NCBI GenBank assembly: GCA_049972095.1 | Contig: JBMFKQ010000014.1 | Location: 1 to 37,461 of the forward strand | Length of the DNA stretch: 37,461 nt | From: Elusimicrobiales bacterium | Lineage (GTDB): Bacteria; Elusimicrobiota; Elusimicrobia; Elusimicrobiales; UBA9959 | Direction of reading: 5' to 3' | The notes under the pieces: generated by a model | The model's database searches: none | What the model was told of the DNA's origin: nothing | The model's input: only the letters and a program-made list of their open reading frames with translations | Shown: positions 17,569-27,214 of the stretch, one piece after another | Numbering within the stretch: position 1 is the stretch's first letter | Layout of the letters: each line of letters starts with the position of its first letter | Translations under genes and position numbers: made by a program

Positions 17569-20329
17569 TTTCTCTCAATGCTTTTGCACACTTAGCACAC
17601 ACCTCAGCATAAGCCTTATCAACCCCTATATCCACTCTCCACTGCCAGCATCTGGGGCATTTTGAACCATCAGCCTTAACAGCCTTAACAGAAAACTCTC
17701 CCCTTTTAACCTCACCTTGAGAAACTATGCATGCAGCAATGATCTCATCAATATTTTTTGAAACAAAATCATACATATCCCCATCTGCAGTTATAATTAT
17801 CTTTGCTTCAAGTGATGAGCCTATAATAGATTCTTTTCTTATCTTTTCTATCTCCTTAAGTACGTGTTCTCTTATAGAAAGAATTCTTAAATACTTGTTT
17901 TCTACACTCTCATCAAAACAAGGTGCGATAATCTCATCAATTCTGTTAAGAAAAACACTTTCTGAAAGCGAATGGTCAATCTCTTTTTTAAGAGTCTGCC
18001 ACACCTCCTCAGATGTGAACGAAAGAATTGGAGCTGTTAAAATACACAGTCCTTTTAACATATCATACATTGCGGTCTGTGCTGATCTTCTTTCCCTTGA
18101 GTTTAAAGAATAGGTGTATAGCCTATCTTTAAGAACATCCAGATAAAAGGATGAAAGATCAATTATACAAAAATCAGCTATCTTCCTTATAGCATCTCTG
18201 TATTCAAACTCCTGCCAATCCTTTTTAACATCATTGGTTAATCTGCTAAATCTTGAAAGTATGTAGCGATCTATATTCTCCATCTCACTGTAAACTATCC
18301 TTTTATCGGGTTTAAAATCTGCAAGATTTCCAAGGAGGTATCTAAAGGTGTTTCTTATTTTTCTGTAAAGATCTACCGGCACTGATAGAAGAGCATCAGA
18401 TATTCTAATATCCTGCTTCCAATCACTTAGTGAAACCCATAGTCTTAATATCTCAGCCCCATATTTAGATATCACATCCTGAGGCGAAACCACATTTCCA
18501 AGAGATTTATGCATTGCCTTTCCATACTCATCAAGGACAAAGCCATGGGTAAGAACTGTTTTATAAGGAGCTTTAGAGTTGAGTGCAACTGATGGTATAA
18601 GAGAGGTCTGAAACCAACCTCTGTGCTGATCCGAACCTTCAAGATAAAGATCTGCCGGATATGTTGCTTTTTCTACACACACATTATGCCACGAAACACC
18701 TGAATCAAACCATACATCAAGTATATCCTTCTCCTTCTCAAAATCACTGCTTCCACACTCACATTTATAATCCCCAAGAATCTTCTTTGCATCTTCAAAA
18801 AACCAAAAATCACTACCCTGCTTTCTTATCCTTTCTGCAATGGAATTCAAGATCTGACTATCATTTACAATCCTTCTACATCTCTTACACCAAAAAGCGA
18901 TTATAGGAGTGCCCCAATACCTCTGCCTTGACAAACACCAATCAGGCCTTATCTTAATCATTGATGTTATTCTATCATATCCTTGAGTTGGAAGCCATTT
19001 AACATTCAAACACTCTCTTAAAAGATCATCCCTTAAAGAATTTTTATCAATCTTAAGAAACCACTGCTCCGTTGCTCTGAATATTATAGGATTTTTACAT
19101 CTCCAACAATGTGGATAACTATGTGATATAGTAGAAGAGTTTATAAGAAGATTTTTATTTCTTAGTATTTCAATAATCTGGGTATTGGCATCAAAGACAA
19201 ACCTATCCTCAAGAGCTTTTATCTCTGAGGTAAATCTTCCTCTTTCATCCACAGGACAAAACACCTCAAGCCCCCACTTTTTTCCTGCAAAATAGTCCTC
19301 TTCACCATGTCCTGGAGCTATATGAACCATTCCACTTCCGCTTGTCATATCAACAAAATTGCTAAATATAACCCTTCTTGGATAACGCTGTGATTTATCA
19401 AGCATATCTGAAAAAGGCGCTTCATAAAGAGTTTTTTCAAGTTCTATACCTTTTAGTTTTGTAATTACACTGGCGCTGATAGAGGTGTTTTTGACAAAAT
19501 CCTCAAGCAGTTTTTCTGCAACAACAAGATGCCCATCACTAACCTCAATGACAAGATAATCCTCATTCTCATTTACAGCAACAGCCATATTTGCAGGAAG
19601 TGTCCATGGGGTTGTCGTCCATACAACAAGATAGAGGTTTGTGTAATTTAGCTTTGATTCAATAACCTTAAATCTCACATATATAGAGGGTGATGTTTTT
19701 TCTTTATACTCTACCTCTGCCTCTGCAAGAGCAGTTTCACATACAGCACACCAATATATAGTTTTTTTGTCTCTTTCTATGTAACCTTTGTAGAAAAGAT
19801 TTAGAAATGCCTTTACTACGCCTGATTCATATTCATTTGACATAGTTATGTATGGATTTTCCCAATCTCCAAAAACACCAAGTCTTTTAAACTCATCCCT
19901 TTGAATCTTTATAAATCTTTCTGCAAACTCCCTTGCTTTTTTTCTAAAAGATACAACATCGTTTATATGTCTTTTTGATATCTTCAACTCTTTAAGAAGC
20001 TGCTGTTCTATGGGAAGCCCATGGCAATCCCAACCTGGTATGTAAGGAGTCTGATATCCCATAAGTGAGTATGATTTAACAACAAAATCCTTTAATATTT
20101 TGTTAAGTGCATGACCTATATGTATATGTCCATTTGCATAAGGTGGGCCATCATGAAGGAAATAGACAGGTGCTGATGAGTTCTTTTCAATCATCCTTTT
20201 GTAAACATCAATCTTGCTCCAGAGATCTATTATCTGTGGCTCTTTCTGAACAAGGTTTGCTTTCATTGAAAAGGATGTTTTAGGTAGGAAAACAGTGTTT
20301 GAGAATGATTTATTTTTCGTCTTATCCAT
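17552..20329 (-). CDS. ileS: Isoleucine--tRNA ligase (type 1)
   Basis: DGPPYANGHIHIGH, GWDCHGLPIE, WTTTPWT, EGSDQHRGWF, AMHKS, C-terminal Zn finger CPRC…CAKC. Confidence 0.98.
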   Translation of the reverse strand: MDKTKNKSFSNTVFLPKTSFSMKANLVQKEPQIIDLWSKIDVYKRMIEKNSSAPVYFLHDGPPYANGHIHIGHALNKILKDFVVKSYSLMGYQTPYIPGWDCHGLPIEQQLLKELKISKRHINDVVSFRKKAREFAERFIKIQRDEFKRLGVFGDWENPYITMSNEYESGVVKAFLNLFYKGYIERDKKTIYWCAVCETALAEAEVEYKEKTSPSIYVRFKVIESKLNYTNLYLVVWTTTPWTLPANMAVAVNENEDYLVIEVSDGHLVVAEKLLEDFVKNTSISASVITKLKGIELEKTLYEAPFSDMLDKSQRYPRRVIFSNFVDMTSGSGMVHIAPGHGEEDYFAGKKWGLEVFCPVDERGRFTSEIKALEDRFVFDANTQIIEILRNKNLLINSSTISHSYPHCWRCKNPIIFRATEQWFLKIDKNSLRDDLLRECLNVKWLPTQGYDRITSMIKIRPDWCLSRQRYWGTPIIAFWCKRCRRIVNDSQILNSIAERIRKQGSDFWFFEDAKKILGDYKCECGSSDFEKEKDILDVWFDSGVSWHNVCVEKATYPADLYLEGSDQHRGWFQTSLIPSVALNSKAPYKTVLTHGFVLDEYGKAMHKSLGNVVSPQDVISKYGAEILRLWVSLSDWKQDIRISDALLSVPVDLYRKIRNTFRYLLGNLADFKPDKRIVYSEMENIDRYILSRFSRLTNDVKKDWQEFEYRDAIRKIADFCIIDLSSFYLDVLKDRLYTYSLNSRERRSAQTAMYDMLKGLCILTAPILSFTSEEVWQTLKKEIDHSLSESVFLNRIDEIIAPCFDESVENKYLRILSIREHVLKEIEKIRKESIIGSSLEAKIIITADGDMYDFVSKNIDEIIAACIVSQGEVKRGEFSVKAVKADGSKCPRCWQWRVDIGVDKAYAEVCAKCAKALRENASNT

Positions 20330-20368
20330 AAATTCCTCTTAATGAAAAAACAAAATCTTTCAAACTAA

Positions 20369-20377
20369 ATTATACCA
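20369..20377 (-). promoter_or_regulatory. Putative extended -10 promoter of the ileS operon
   Basis: TGGTATAAT (TGnTATAAT) about 40 nt upstream of the ATG; AGAGG SD. Confidence 0.6.
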
Positions 20378-20401
20378 AATATTGATATCGCTGGATTTTT
20401 T

Positions 20402-20779
20402 TCAGGTATTATCTATGGCGCTGCTAACCTCCTTTCTCAAAAGATCAACACTGCAGGGCTTTCTAAGAAAGGATTTAACATTCTTCTCAACCTTGAAAAT
20501 CATCTCTGTTGAAGGGTCAAAATGACTTGCTGTAACCACTATAACAGGAATGTTTTTTGTCTCTTCATCTGAAAGAAGAAGTCTAAGCATCTCTATACCT
20601 GATATATTTGGCATCATAACATCCATTATTATAACATCTGGTTTATGAGATTTTGCCATCTCTATTCCCTCTCTTCCATCAGATGCTGAAATTACTGTGT
20701 AGTCACCCTCAAGAGCCATCTTAACTATCTCAACCATTACAGGATTATCATCAACAATAAGAACCTTTTTTTGTTTCAT
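20402..20779 (-). CDS. Single-domain response regulator (receiver only)
   Basis: LIVDD, DVIIMDVMMP, VTA, KP. Confidence 0.93.
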   Translation of the reverse strand: MKQKKVLIVDDNPVMVEIVKMALEGDYTVISASDGREGIEMAKSHKPDVIIMDVMMPNISGIEMLRLLLSDEETKNIPVIVVTASHFDPSTEMIFKVEKNVKSFLRKPCSVDLLRKEVSSAIDNT

Positions 20780-20781
20780 TT

Positions 20782-21162
20782 TTACTCCTTTGAAATGATA
20801 GAGTTTATTTTCTCTTTTATAAACTCAAGTGGATCAAGCTTAGAATAGAAACCCATAACATTCTTTTCACTCTTAGTAAGCCTCTCATTAATGATATTAT
20901 AATCACTAGCGGTAAGAAATATAACTGGAATTTTTGAAATAGAGCTTTTTTTCTTCATCTCTTCTAAGACATTAATTCCCGTAAATCCACCAAGGTTAAT
21001 ATCAAGAAGTAAAACATCAGGCATATAACCTTCAATCTTTGAAATGATATCTTTAATCTGTGAAAAATCACAAAAAATCTCTACCTTATATTCGGACTCA
21101 AGAGCTTCTTTAGCAAGCAAAAGAAACGAAATACTATCATCAACAATAAGAACCTTCTTCAT
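20782..21162 (-). CDS. Single-domain response regulator (receiver only)
   Basis: LIVDD, DVLLLDINL, LTA, conserved Lys (YSKL). Confidence 0.88.
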   Translation of the reverse strand: MKKVLIVDDSISFLLLAKEALESEYKVEIFCDFSQIKDIISKIEGYMPDVLLLDINLGGFTGINVLEEMKKKSSISKIPVIFLTASDYNIINERLTKSEKNVMGFYSKLDPLEFIKEKINSIISKE

Positions 21163-21202
21163 ATATTCTTCCTTAGATAAACTAAAAAATACAATCCAAC
21201 TT

Positions 21203-21290
21203 TGCCGCGGGAGAGAGTCGAACTCTCACGTCCGTTTGAGCGGACACGGGTTTTTGAGACCCGCGTGTCTACCGGTTTCACCACCGCGGC
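21203..21290 (-). tRNA. tRNA-Leu (anticodon CAA), CCA not encoded
   Basis: GCCGCGG acceptor stem, anticodon arm CGGGT-CTCAAAA-ACCCG, long variable arm GTCCG…CGGAC, T arm GAGAGTTCGACTCTC. Confidence 0.96.
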
Positions 21291-21339
21291 TTATCGCAAA
21301 CAAACCTACAAAGAACCCTAACACCATACCTTAAAATAA

Positions 21340-21348
21340 ATCATAACA
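21340..21348 (-). promoter_or_regulatory. Putative extended -10 for tRNA-Leu
   Basis: TGTTATGAT about 50 nt upstream of the tRNA. Confidence 0.45.
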
Positions 21349-21374
21349 AAGTTGAAAAACAAAAACAATAAATA

Positions 21375-21770
21375 CTATCCTTCAATAACCTTTACATAAA
21401 CACTTCTGGTTCTTGGACCATCAGCATCAAATAAATAAACAGACTGCCATCTTCCAAGCACAGGCTTAGAGTTTTCAACAATCAAAAAAATGGAATTTCC
21501 TATTATAGCTGATTTTATATGAGCATGTGAATTTCCTTCAAGATGTTTATATCCTTCATCAGGGCTTATAAGTGAGTTAAGTTTATCAATTATGTCCTGT
21601 CTTACGGAGGGATCTGCGCCCTCATTTATAAAAAGGGCTGCTGTTGTGTGCGGATTATAAACAAAACAAACTCCGTTTTCAACTCCACTTTCCTTAACAG
21701 CATCAAAGATCTTATCTGTTATATCAACAGCCTGTTGTGATGAAGAGGTTTTCACTATTATCTGTTTCAT
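21375..21770 (-). CDS. yjbQ: YjbQ/UPF0047 family protein (secondary thiamine-phosphate synthase-like)
   Basis: PHTTAA…INE, HLEGNSHAHIKS, LGRWQ…DGPRTR. Confidence 0.92.
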   Translation of the reverse strand: MKQIIVKTSSSQQAVDITDKIFDAVKESGVENGVCFVYNPHTTAALFINEGADPSVRQDIIDKLNSLISPDEGYKHLEGNSHAHIKSAIIGNSIFLIVENSKPVLGRWQSVYLFDADGPRTRSVYVKVIEG

Positions 21771-21780
21771 ATATCACCCC

Positions 21781-22845
21781 TTATGTATATGGTATGTTTA
21801 TTCTCAAAGAGGCTTTTGGAGGTTTCCAAGAATATATCACACTGTGAATCTCAAAAACTATGTAAAAAAACTCTCTTATTATACATACAAGGGGCACTGC
21901 GAAAACAACTCCCCAAAAACCACCTATCTCTCCACCTGCCATAAGGCTCAGCACAACAATAGCAGGACTAAGATCTATACTCTTTTTGATTATATATGGC
22001 TGTATAAACCAGTCATCAATAAATCTCAAAAAAGCAAAAAATGCAAGAACCTTCAATACCACATAAATGTTTCCATATTGAAGAAACGCAATAATAGATG
22101 ATATAACACCACCAACAAAAGCACCAACATATGGAACAACACACGACAAACCAATAAAAAGGACTATAACAGTATAATAATTAATGCCCATAAAAAAAAG
22201 TCCAAAAAACGCAATTATTGAAAGCAAAAGTGCATCAATAAGAACCCCTCTTAGATAATTACCAAGGCTGTTATCAACCCTTGATACTATATGATAGACA
22301 ACCTCAACATATCTTGATGGTATATTATCAACAATAAAATCAAGTATTCCTGTGCCTTTCACTAATATGAAGAATGATATAAAAGGCACAAGAAAAAGAA
22401 ATGATAGATAAGCTATTACCGAAACCACATAGTTTGGAAGCATTAAAAGATAGGAAAGAAGCTTTTCCTGTAACTTAAACTGAGAGAGAAATGGAAAGGC
22501 TTTTGAAAGTTTTGAAAAAAAGCTATCTATTATAGCTGAGCTTTTCTCATAATAAACAGGCCATTGTGAGAAAAAAGTATCTATATCTATTCTTGCAATG
22601 TTAAAAACAGCTGATAATAGAAAAAGAAAGGCTATACCCACTACAATATAGAAACCACTAACAGCATAGCTTCTCTTTATACCCCTTATTTCAAAAAATC
22701 TTATAAGAGGATTTACAAGATAAGAAAAAGAAATACTGAGGAGAAGAACTATAAATGTTTTTCTTGCAAAATATAGTATAAGTAAAAGAAGTAAGAAGAA
22801 AAGCAAGGGAAAAAGGATCTCTCTAAACTCAAGTCTGTTGTTCAT
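21781..22845 (-). CDS. AI-2E family transporter
   Basis: YLVNPL, YLRG, VPYVG, IQPYI, GGEIGGFWGVVFAVP. Confidence 0.9.
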   Translation of the reverse strand: MNNRLEFREILFPLLFFLLLLLILYFARKTFIVLLLSISFSYLVNPLIRFFEIRGIKRSYAVSGFYIVVGIAFLFLLSAVFNIARIDIDTFFSQWPVYYEKSSAIIDSFFSKLSKAFPFLSQFKLQEKLLSYLLMLPNYVVSVIAYLSFLFLVPFISFFILVKGTGILDFIVDNIPSRYVEVVYHIVSRVDNSLGNYLRGVLIDALLLSIIAFFGLFFMGINYYTVIVLFIGLSCVVPYVGAFVGGVISSIIAFLQYGNIYVVLKVLAFFAFLRFIDDWFIQPYIIKKSIDLSPAIVVLSLMAGGEIGGFWGVVFAVPLVCIIREFFYIVFEIHSVIYSWKPPKASLRINIPYT

Positions 22846-23308
22846 TTTCAATCATTGATCTAAGCCTTGAAGACAAAATACAGGCAAGATTGTATGTTAG
22901 TATTGAGGATATTCTCGGTTTTGTTTTTATCATCTTTTCAAGATTAACTCTGTAGAACATAAAGACTTCACTGTCATAAAGAGCTACTGCGGTTAATGTT
23001 CTTGTCATCTCCTCAAGAAGAGCCATCTCACCAACAAACTCTCCCTCTCTAACCTCAGCAACAAGAGGACCATTTATATTTCTATAAAGCCCAATTCTTC
23101 CACGATAAACTATAAAAAGTGCTTTACCTATATCTCCCTTAAAAAAAATAATCTCTCCCTTAAGATATTTCTTCTCATAGAGATTTTCAAGTACATAGAG
23201 AAGATCCCTTCTTTTTATTCCTCTAAAAAGATATATACTTGATAGAAATTTTATCTTTTCAAGAGTATTCTTATCGTAGGCTTTGTTGAAAATATGCTCC
23301 AATATCAC
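22829..23308 (-). CDS. Stand-alone cyclic-nucleotide-binding domain protein
   Basis: GEIIF.KGD.G…GEFVGEMALL…RTLTA phosphate-binding cassette; no HTH; GTG start. Confidence 0.88.
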   Translation of the reverse strand: MILEHIFNKAYDKNTLEKIKFLSSIYLFRGIKRRDLLYVLENLYEKKYLKGEIIFFKGDIGKALFIVYRGRIGLYRNINGPLVAEVREGEFVGEMALLEEMTRTLTAVALYDSEVFMFYRVNLEKMIKTKPRISSILTYNLACILSSRLRSMIENEQQT

Positions 23309-23311
23309 AAG

Positions 23312-23566
23312 CTATTCATCCTTTCTGAAAAAAGATGAAATTACAGAAAAAAAACCGTTTATAAAAGAGAAAGCTCTCTGACTTAACCTATTAAACTCCA
23401 CAAAAGCAGGCTTTACATCATCAACCCTTTCATTTATATTCTTAACAAGATTATTAAAACTCTCACCAGCATCTCTTATCCTCTTAAGTGTCTCAATCAT
23501 CTCAATCGCAAGCACAACAAAAACAGCCGTAAATATGACCACACACACACCTATAACTATCTGCAT
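23312..23566 (-). CDS. DUF948-like small membrane-anchored coiled-coil protein
   Basis: N-terminal TM followed by an amphipathic helix; SD GGAGGT. Confidence 0.6.
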   Translation of the reverse strand: MQIVIGVCVVIFTAVFVVLAIEMIETLKRIRDAGESFNNLVKNINERVDDVKPAFVEFNRLSQRAFSFINGFFSVISSFFRKDE

Positions 23567-23570
23567 ATCA

Positions 23571-23592
23571 ACCTCCAGCTATCTAAATTATA
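23571..23592 (-). promoter_or_regulatory. Putative -10 (TATAAT, 23587-23592) and SD (GGAGGT) for the DUF948-cNMP-AI-2E-yjbQ unit
   Basis: Minus strand reads TTGTATAATTTAGATAGCTGGAGGTTGATATG. Confidence 0.6.
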
Positions 23593-23600
23593 CAATTTTT

Positions 23601-24929
23601 TCACCATCCAAACCTTGCTTTCAAACCTAAATCCCTCCACATAGAAGCATCCTCCATACAAAGATAAAACCTTTCTATGTCAAATCCTTTACTCTTAATC
23701 TTTTCTATTATCACATTATACATCTCCCTTCTGATATGACGCGGATATCTAAGTTTTCCATCAAAATCAATAATCATCTCAGCATCAAGCAAACTGCTTT
23801 GAGGAAAGCGTTTTTCTATCTCCTTTTTTGTATGAGGATAGAAACGAAGTGTTCCTGCACTTATCCATATAATATCAGCTGGGCTAACCACATCAAAAAG
23901 CTCATCAATACATTTGCAATAAAGCTCTCTCCAGCCATCTATCATTATTATCGGGTCAAAATGAACCCCAAGCCTCCATCCTACTTTACTAAGCTCTTTC
24001 ATCTTTTCAATGCGTTTATCATAACCTGCTGTGCCATGCTCAAACATCTCAATTATCCTTGAAGGGTTAACTGAGAATGAAACCACAATGTTTTCAGCTG
24101 GTTTTTTGTTGATTATAAGATCTAGATTTGATGATTTTGTTTTAAACTCAAATATAATATGTGGAAATCGACAAATAAAATCTATTATCTTTACAGAATG
24201 ATGAGTTATATTATCATAAACAAGAGAATCTGTAAACTCACCACTCCCAACTCTAATCCTTCTGCCACGAGAAAAATCTACAAGAGCTCTTAGATAATCC
24301 TCAACATTTGCGTTTATTATAATGCCATCAATATTTTGATAGCCACTAAGATAGCAGTACTCACAGTCAAAAGGACACCCAAAACCAAGGTTTATAACAT
24401 TATAACCACAGCTTACACAGTTTTTAGTACAGGGGCATTTTTTCACAAAATCATATCTTTCATTAACAACATATATCTTCTTTTTTCTATCACTATAAGA
24501 AAAATCATATTTATGCTTTTTAATATACTCTTTTATTGAATCAATCTCTATAAAACTTGCTAAAGGATATTCTTTTTTTAGCCTATCAACAAGATTGATA
24601 TCATCAACACTTTTCTCTATAAATATCTCCTTCACAGAAGATTCATTTTCCCTCCATATAGATCTTTCATCAAACTCAATGCCTCCAAGAAAAAAGCTAT
24701 TCATTGGATATATACCATAGGAGTTAGGATATCTTATTTTAAGAAGCGACTTTTTAAAATGCTCATAATTTTTATACTCAGGGAGTTGAGAAAAAGACAA
24801 GATCCTGCCACTTTTTAAAATCTCAAAAAGAAGCCTTTCAATCTCTCTTTTTTTGTTAACCCCAAGAAAAGGATAATTTTTCTCTATAAAAGCTCTGACA
24901 TTTAAAAGTATCTCATCTGACCTCATCAA
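23601..24929 (-). CDS. Spore-photoproduct-lyase-like (SplB-like) radical SAM protein with an N-terminal extension
   Basis: GCPFDCEYCYL, GEFTDSL, EFKTKS, SFSVNP…EHGTA…RI, HFDPI, DGKLRY, YLCME. Confidence 0.85.
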   Translation of the reverse strand: MMRSDEILLNVRAFIEKNYPFLGVNKKREIERLLFEILKSGRILSFSQLPEYKNYEHFKKSLLKIRYPNSYGIYPMNSFFLGGIEFDERSIWRENESSVKEIFIEKSVDDINLVDRLKKEYPLASFIEIDSIKEYIKKHKYDFSYSDRKKKIYVVNERYDFVKKCPCTKNCVSCGYNVINLGFGCPFDCEYCYLSGYQNIDGIIINANVEDYLRALVDFSRGRRIRVGSGEFTDSLVYDNITHHSVKIIDFICRFPHIIFEFKTKSSNLDLIINKKPAENIVVSFSVNPSRIIEMFEHGTAGYDKRIEKMKELSKVGWRLGVHFDPIIMIDGWRELYCKCIDELFDVVSPADIIWISAGTLRFYPHTKKEIEKRFPQSSLLDAEMIIDFDGKLRYPRHIRREMYNVIIEKIKSKGFDIERFYLCMEDASMWRDLGLKARFGW

Positions 24930-25536
24930 GCCTCACAAAAACAAGCCCTTTTTTCTCCCCCTCCTCAAGCAAAGCCTTAAGAAGCCTTAAAGCCATTTTA
25001 TTTCTTTTCGCAGTATCATGCATAAGAATTATCTTTCCAGCAAGAATATTTTTCCGATATCTTGATATTATCACATCTTCATCATCATTCTTCCAGTCAT
25101 ATCCGAAATCCCAGTTTATAACCTTATATCCCATATCAGAGGCAATCTCAATTGCTTTTTGAGAATGATAACCATATGGATATCTTAGATACAAAGGTTT
25201 CACACCAATTATCCTAAATATCTCATCCTCAGCTTTTTTAATCTCCTGTCTTATAAGAAAAATATCATCCCTTTTTTTATAGAAGTTTATATGTGAGTAG
25301 GTATGATTTCCAACAAGATGTCCATCAGCAAATATTCTTTCAAGCATCTTTGGGTATCTCTTTACATTCTTACCCAAAACAAAAAAACTCGCCTTTGCTT
25401 TGTGTTTTTTTAGAAGATCACAGATATCAGAGGTTAAAGCTGAGGGACCATCATCAATTGTAAGATATATATACCTTTTATCATTAGCTGAGCATATCAT
25501 TATAAAGATAAAGATGATAAGGAACTTTAAAATCAT
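24913..25536 (-). CDS. Polysaccharide/peptidoglycan deacetylase (NodB, CE4), exported
   Basis: LTIDDGP, GNHTYSH, RYPYG, DW, ILMHD. Confidence 0.93.
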   Translation of the reverse strand: MILKFLIIFIFIMICSANDKRYIYLTIDDGPSALTSDICDLLKKHKAKASFFVLGKNVKRYPKMLERIFADGHLVGNHTYSHINFYKKRDDIFLIRQEIKKAEDEIFRIIGVKPLYLRYPYGYHSQKAIEIASDMGYKVINWDFGYDWKNDDEDVIISRYRKNILAGKIILMHDTAKRNKMALRLLKALLEEGEKKGLVFVRLDEVR

Positions 25537-25537
25537 A

Positions 25538-27214
25538 TCACACCTCTATCATCTCAAGGCTTCTAACCGCTTTTTTAAGTAATAAGCCAGCAATAATAAA
25601 ACTTCCAACAGCAAAAATAAGAATTGATGAGTTGAAAAAGAATGAATCAAACTGAATATTTTTTAGATACCTTGATGCAAAATAGATCTTCAAAGGATAT
25701 GCAAACCAAACTGCTGTAAAAACAGTATAGAATACAGAAGAAACCATAAAAAGAAAACCACCATATGATGATTCAATATGATGTATATTTTCAATATTGA
25801 AATCAGGGAAAAAAGCTCCCATAGAAACTGCAAGGGCTGATATGAAAAAACTCATTATAACTGATACAAATACTGAGAATCTGAATATAAGAATATCCGT
25901 TGTAAGATAGTAATTTGAAACACCAACTATTATCAGATTGAAAATAAGTATATAGATAAAATAAAACAGAAGCTTTGAGTAAATTATATCTGATGTTTTT
26001 AGTGGCAGTGTTTTTAAAACCCACACATTACCATCCTCAATACTAAGCGATGTAAATACAAATCTTAAAGCAAGAGCCGAGACCACAAAACCACTTACAA
26101 TAAGATTTATAAAAGCAACAATATTTTTTGCCTCCTGTCCATCAACAGGTATATTCTTTATGCTGAAAACATAGACCATACTGAGAGCAAAAACAAGCAC
26201 TGTTTGAGAGTAATATCTTACATCCCTTGTAAAGTTTTTCCTCTCTTTTAAAAAAAGCATCATAAGGTATTTAATCCTCTTAAATCTTTCTGAAACAAAA
26301 AACTCAAAGCTCTTTTTGAAGAAGTATTTTTTGGAGGGGGTGTTTTGAGAACCACTGAAAGCAATTAGATAAACAGAAGAGGCATATCTCATTATCAAAA
26401 ATGTTGCAAATAACATAACTGCATATTGTCCAATAGAATAAACTATAAAATAGAGATAATCACCGTTTACAAACTTTATCAAACTGCGCGTAAACCACCA
26501 GCTTGGAAGATAGGGTGCTGTTGGAGCCTGAAGATATGAAAGATAGTTTGCAATTATTCCAACTGCATCAGGCCTAATAAGCCTTTCAGGTTTTGAAAAT
26601 CTTATAGCCACATAAACAGCTGCAAAGGAAAGGCTTGATGCAAACCATACAACATCCCTTGTTCTTGGACTTGGAAATCTGCTCATAAGAAAAAGCGAGA
26701 GAAAAACACCAATGTAAGATGCAAGAAACGCATAAGGGACTATAAGAAAAATAAAGGCAAAAATAAAAGATAGATTAAGTCCAAGGGATTTGACCATTGC
26801 AAAAGCATATGGAATCATTATAACCACAAGGCTCCAGGATGAATAAAAAACACTTAAGATAATCTTTTCAAAAAGAACAGTTAGATGAGGGATAGGTAGT
26901 GAAAGCAGAAACTTCAAATCACAAGAATAGAAAAGTGTTGTTATAGATATTATGAGAGATGAGATGACTATCATACAAAAATTAATAAGAAAAACCATTG
27001 CTGAAAGCTTCCATATAAGAAGCCTTCCAACTATATCTACAGAGCTTAAATATTCAAGAACCCTTACAAAACCCGCATATAAAAAGGTAAGGATAACAAT
27101 AATAGCAATAGAGAATATAGTATTCTTTATCCTTTTCCATTTATCAAGATTTTTTATTCTGTTAACAAATGAACGCAGGCGGTATCTTAAAAGAATTTGA
27201 AAGAAAGGATTCAT
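25538..27214 (-). CDS. Putative ABC-2-type transporter permease subunit
   Basis: About 14 TM segments, DLKFLLSLP and SIEDGNVWVLKTLP motifs; coupled to the ABC ATPase. Confidence 0.8.
   Translation of the reverse strand: MNPFFQILLRYRLRSFVNRIKNLDKWKRIKNTIFSIAIIVILTFLYAGFVRVLEYLSSVDIVGRLLIWKLSAMVFLINFCMIVISSLIISITTLFYSCDLKFLLSLPIPHLTVLFEKIILSVFYSSWSLVVIMIPYAFAMVKSLGLNLSFIFAFIFLIVPYAFLASYIGVFLSLFLMSRFPSPRTRDVVWFASSLSFAAVYVAIRFSKPERLIRPDAVGIIANYLSYLQAPTAPYLPSWWFTRSLIKFVNGDYLYFIVYSIGQYAVMLFATFLIMRYASSVYLIAFSGSQNTPSKKYFFKKSFEFFVSERFKRIKYLMMLFLKERKNFTRDVRYYSQTVLVFALSMVYVFSIKNIPVDGQEAKNIVAFINLIVSGFVVSALALRFVFTSLSIEDGNVWVLKTLPLKTSDIIYSKLLFYFIYILIFNLIIVGVSNYYLTTDILIFRFSVFVSVIMSFFISALAVSMGAFFPDFNIENIHHIESSYGGFLFMVSSVFYTVFTAVWFAYPLKIYFASRYLKNIQFDSFFFNSSILIFAVGSFIIAGLLLKKAVRSLEMIEV

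Noticed and set aside
20330..20401. T-box leader upstream of ileS
   Set aside because: The intergenic region is only 72 nt with the -10 about 40 nt from the ATG, too short for a T-box.
21044..21334. 96-aa ORF spanning tRNA-Leu
   Set aside because: Antisense translation of the tRNA and the response regulator.
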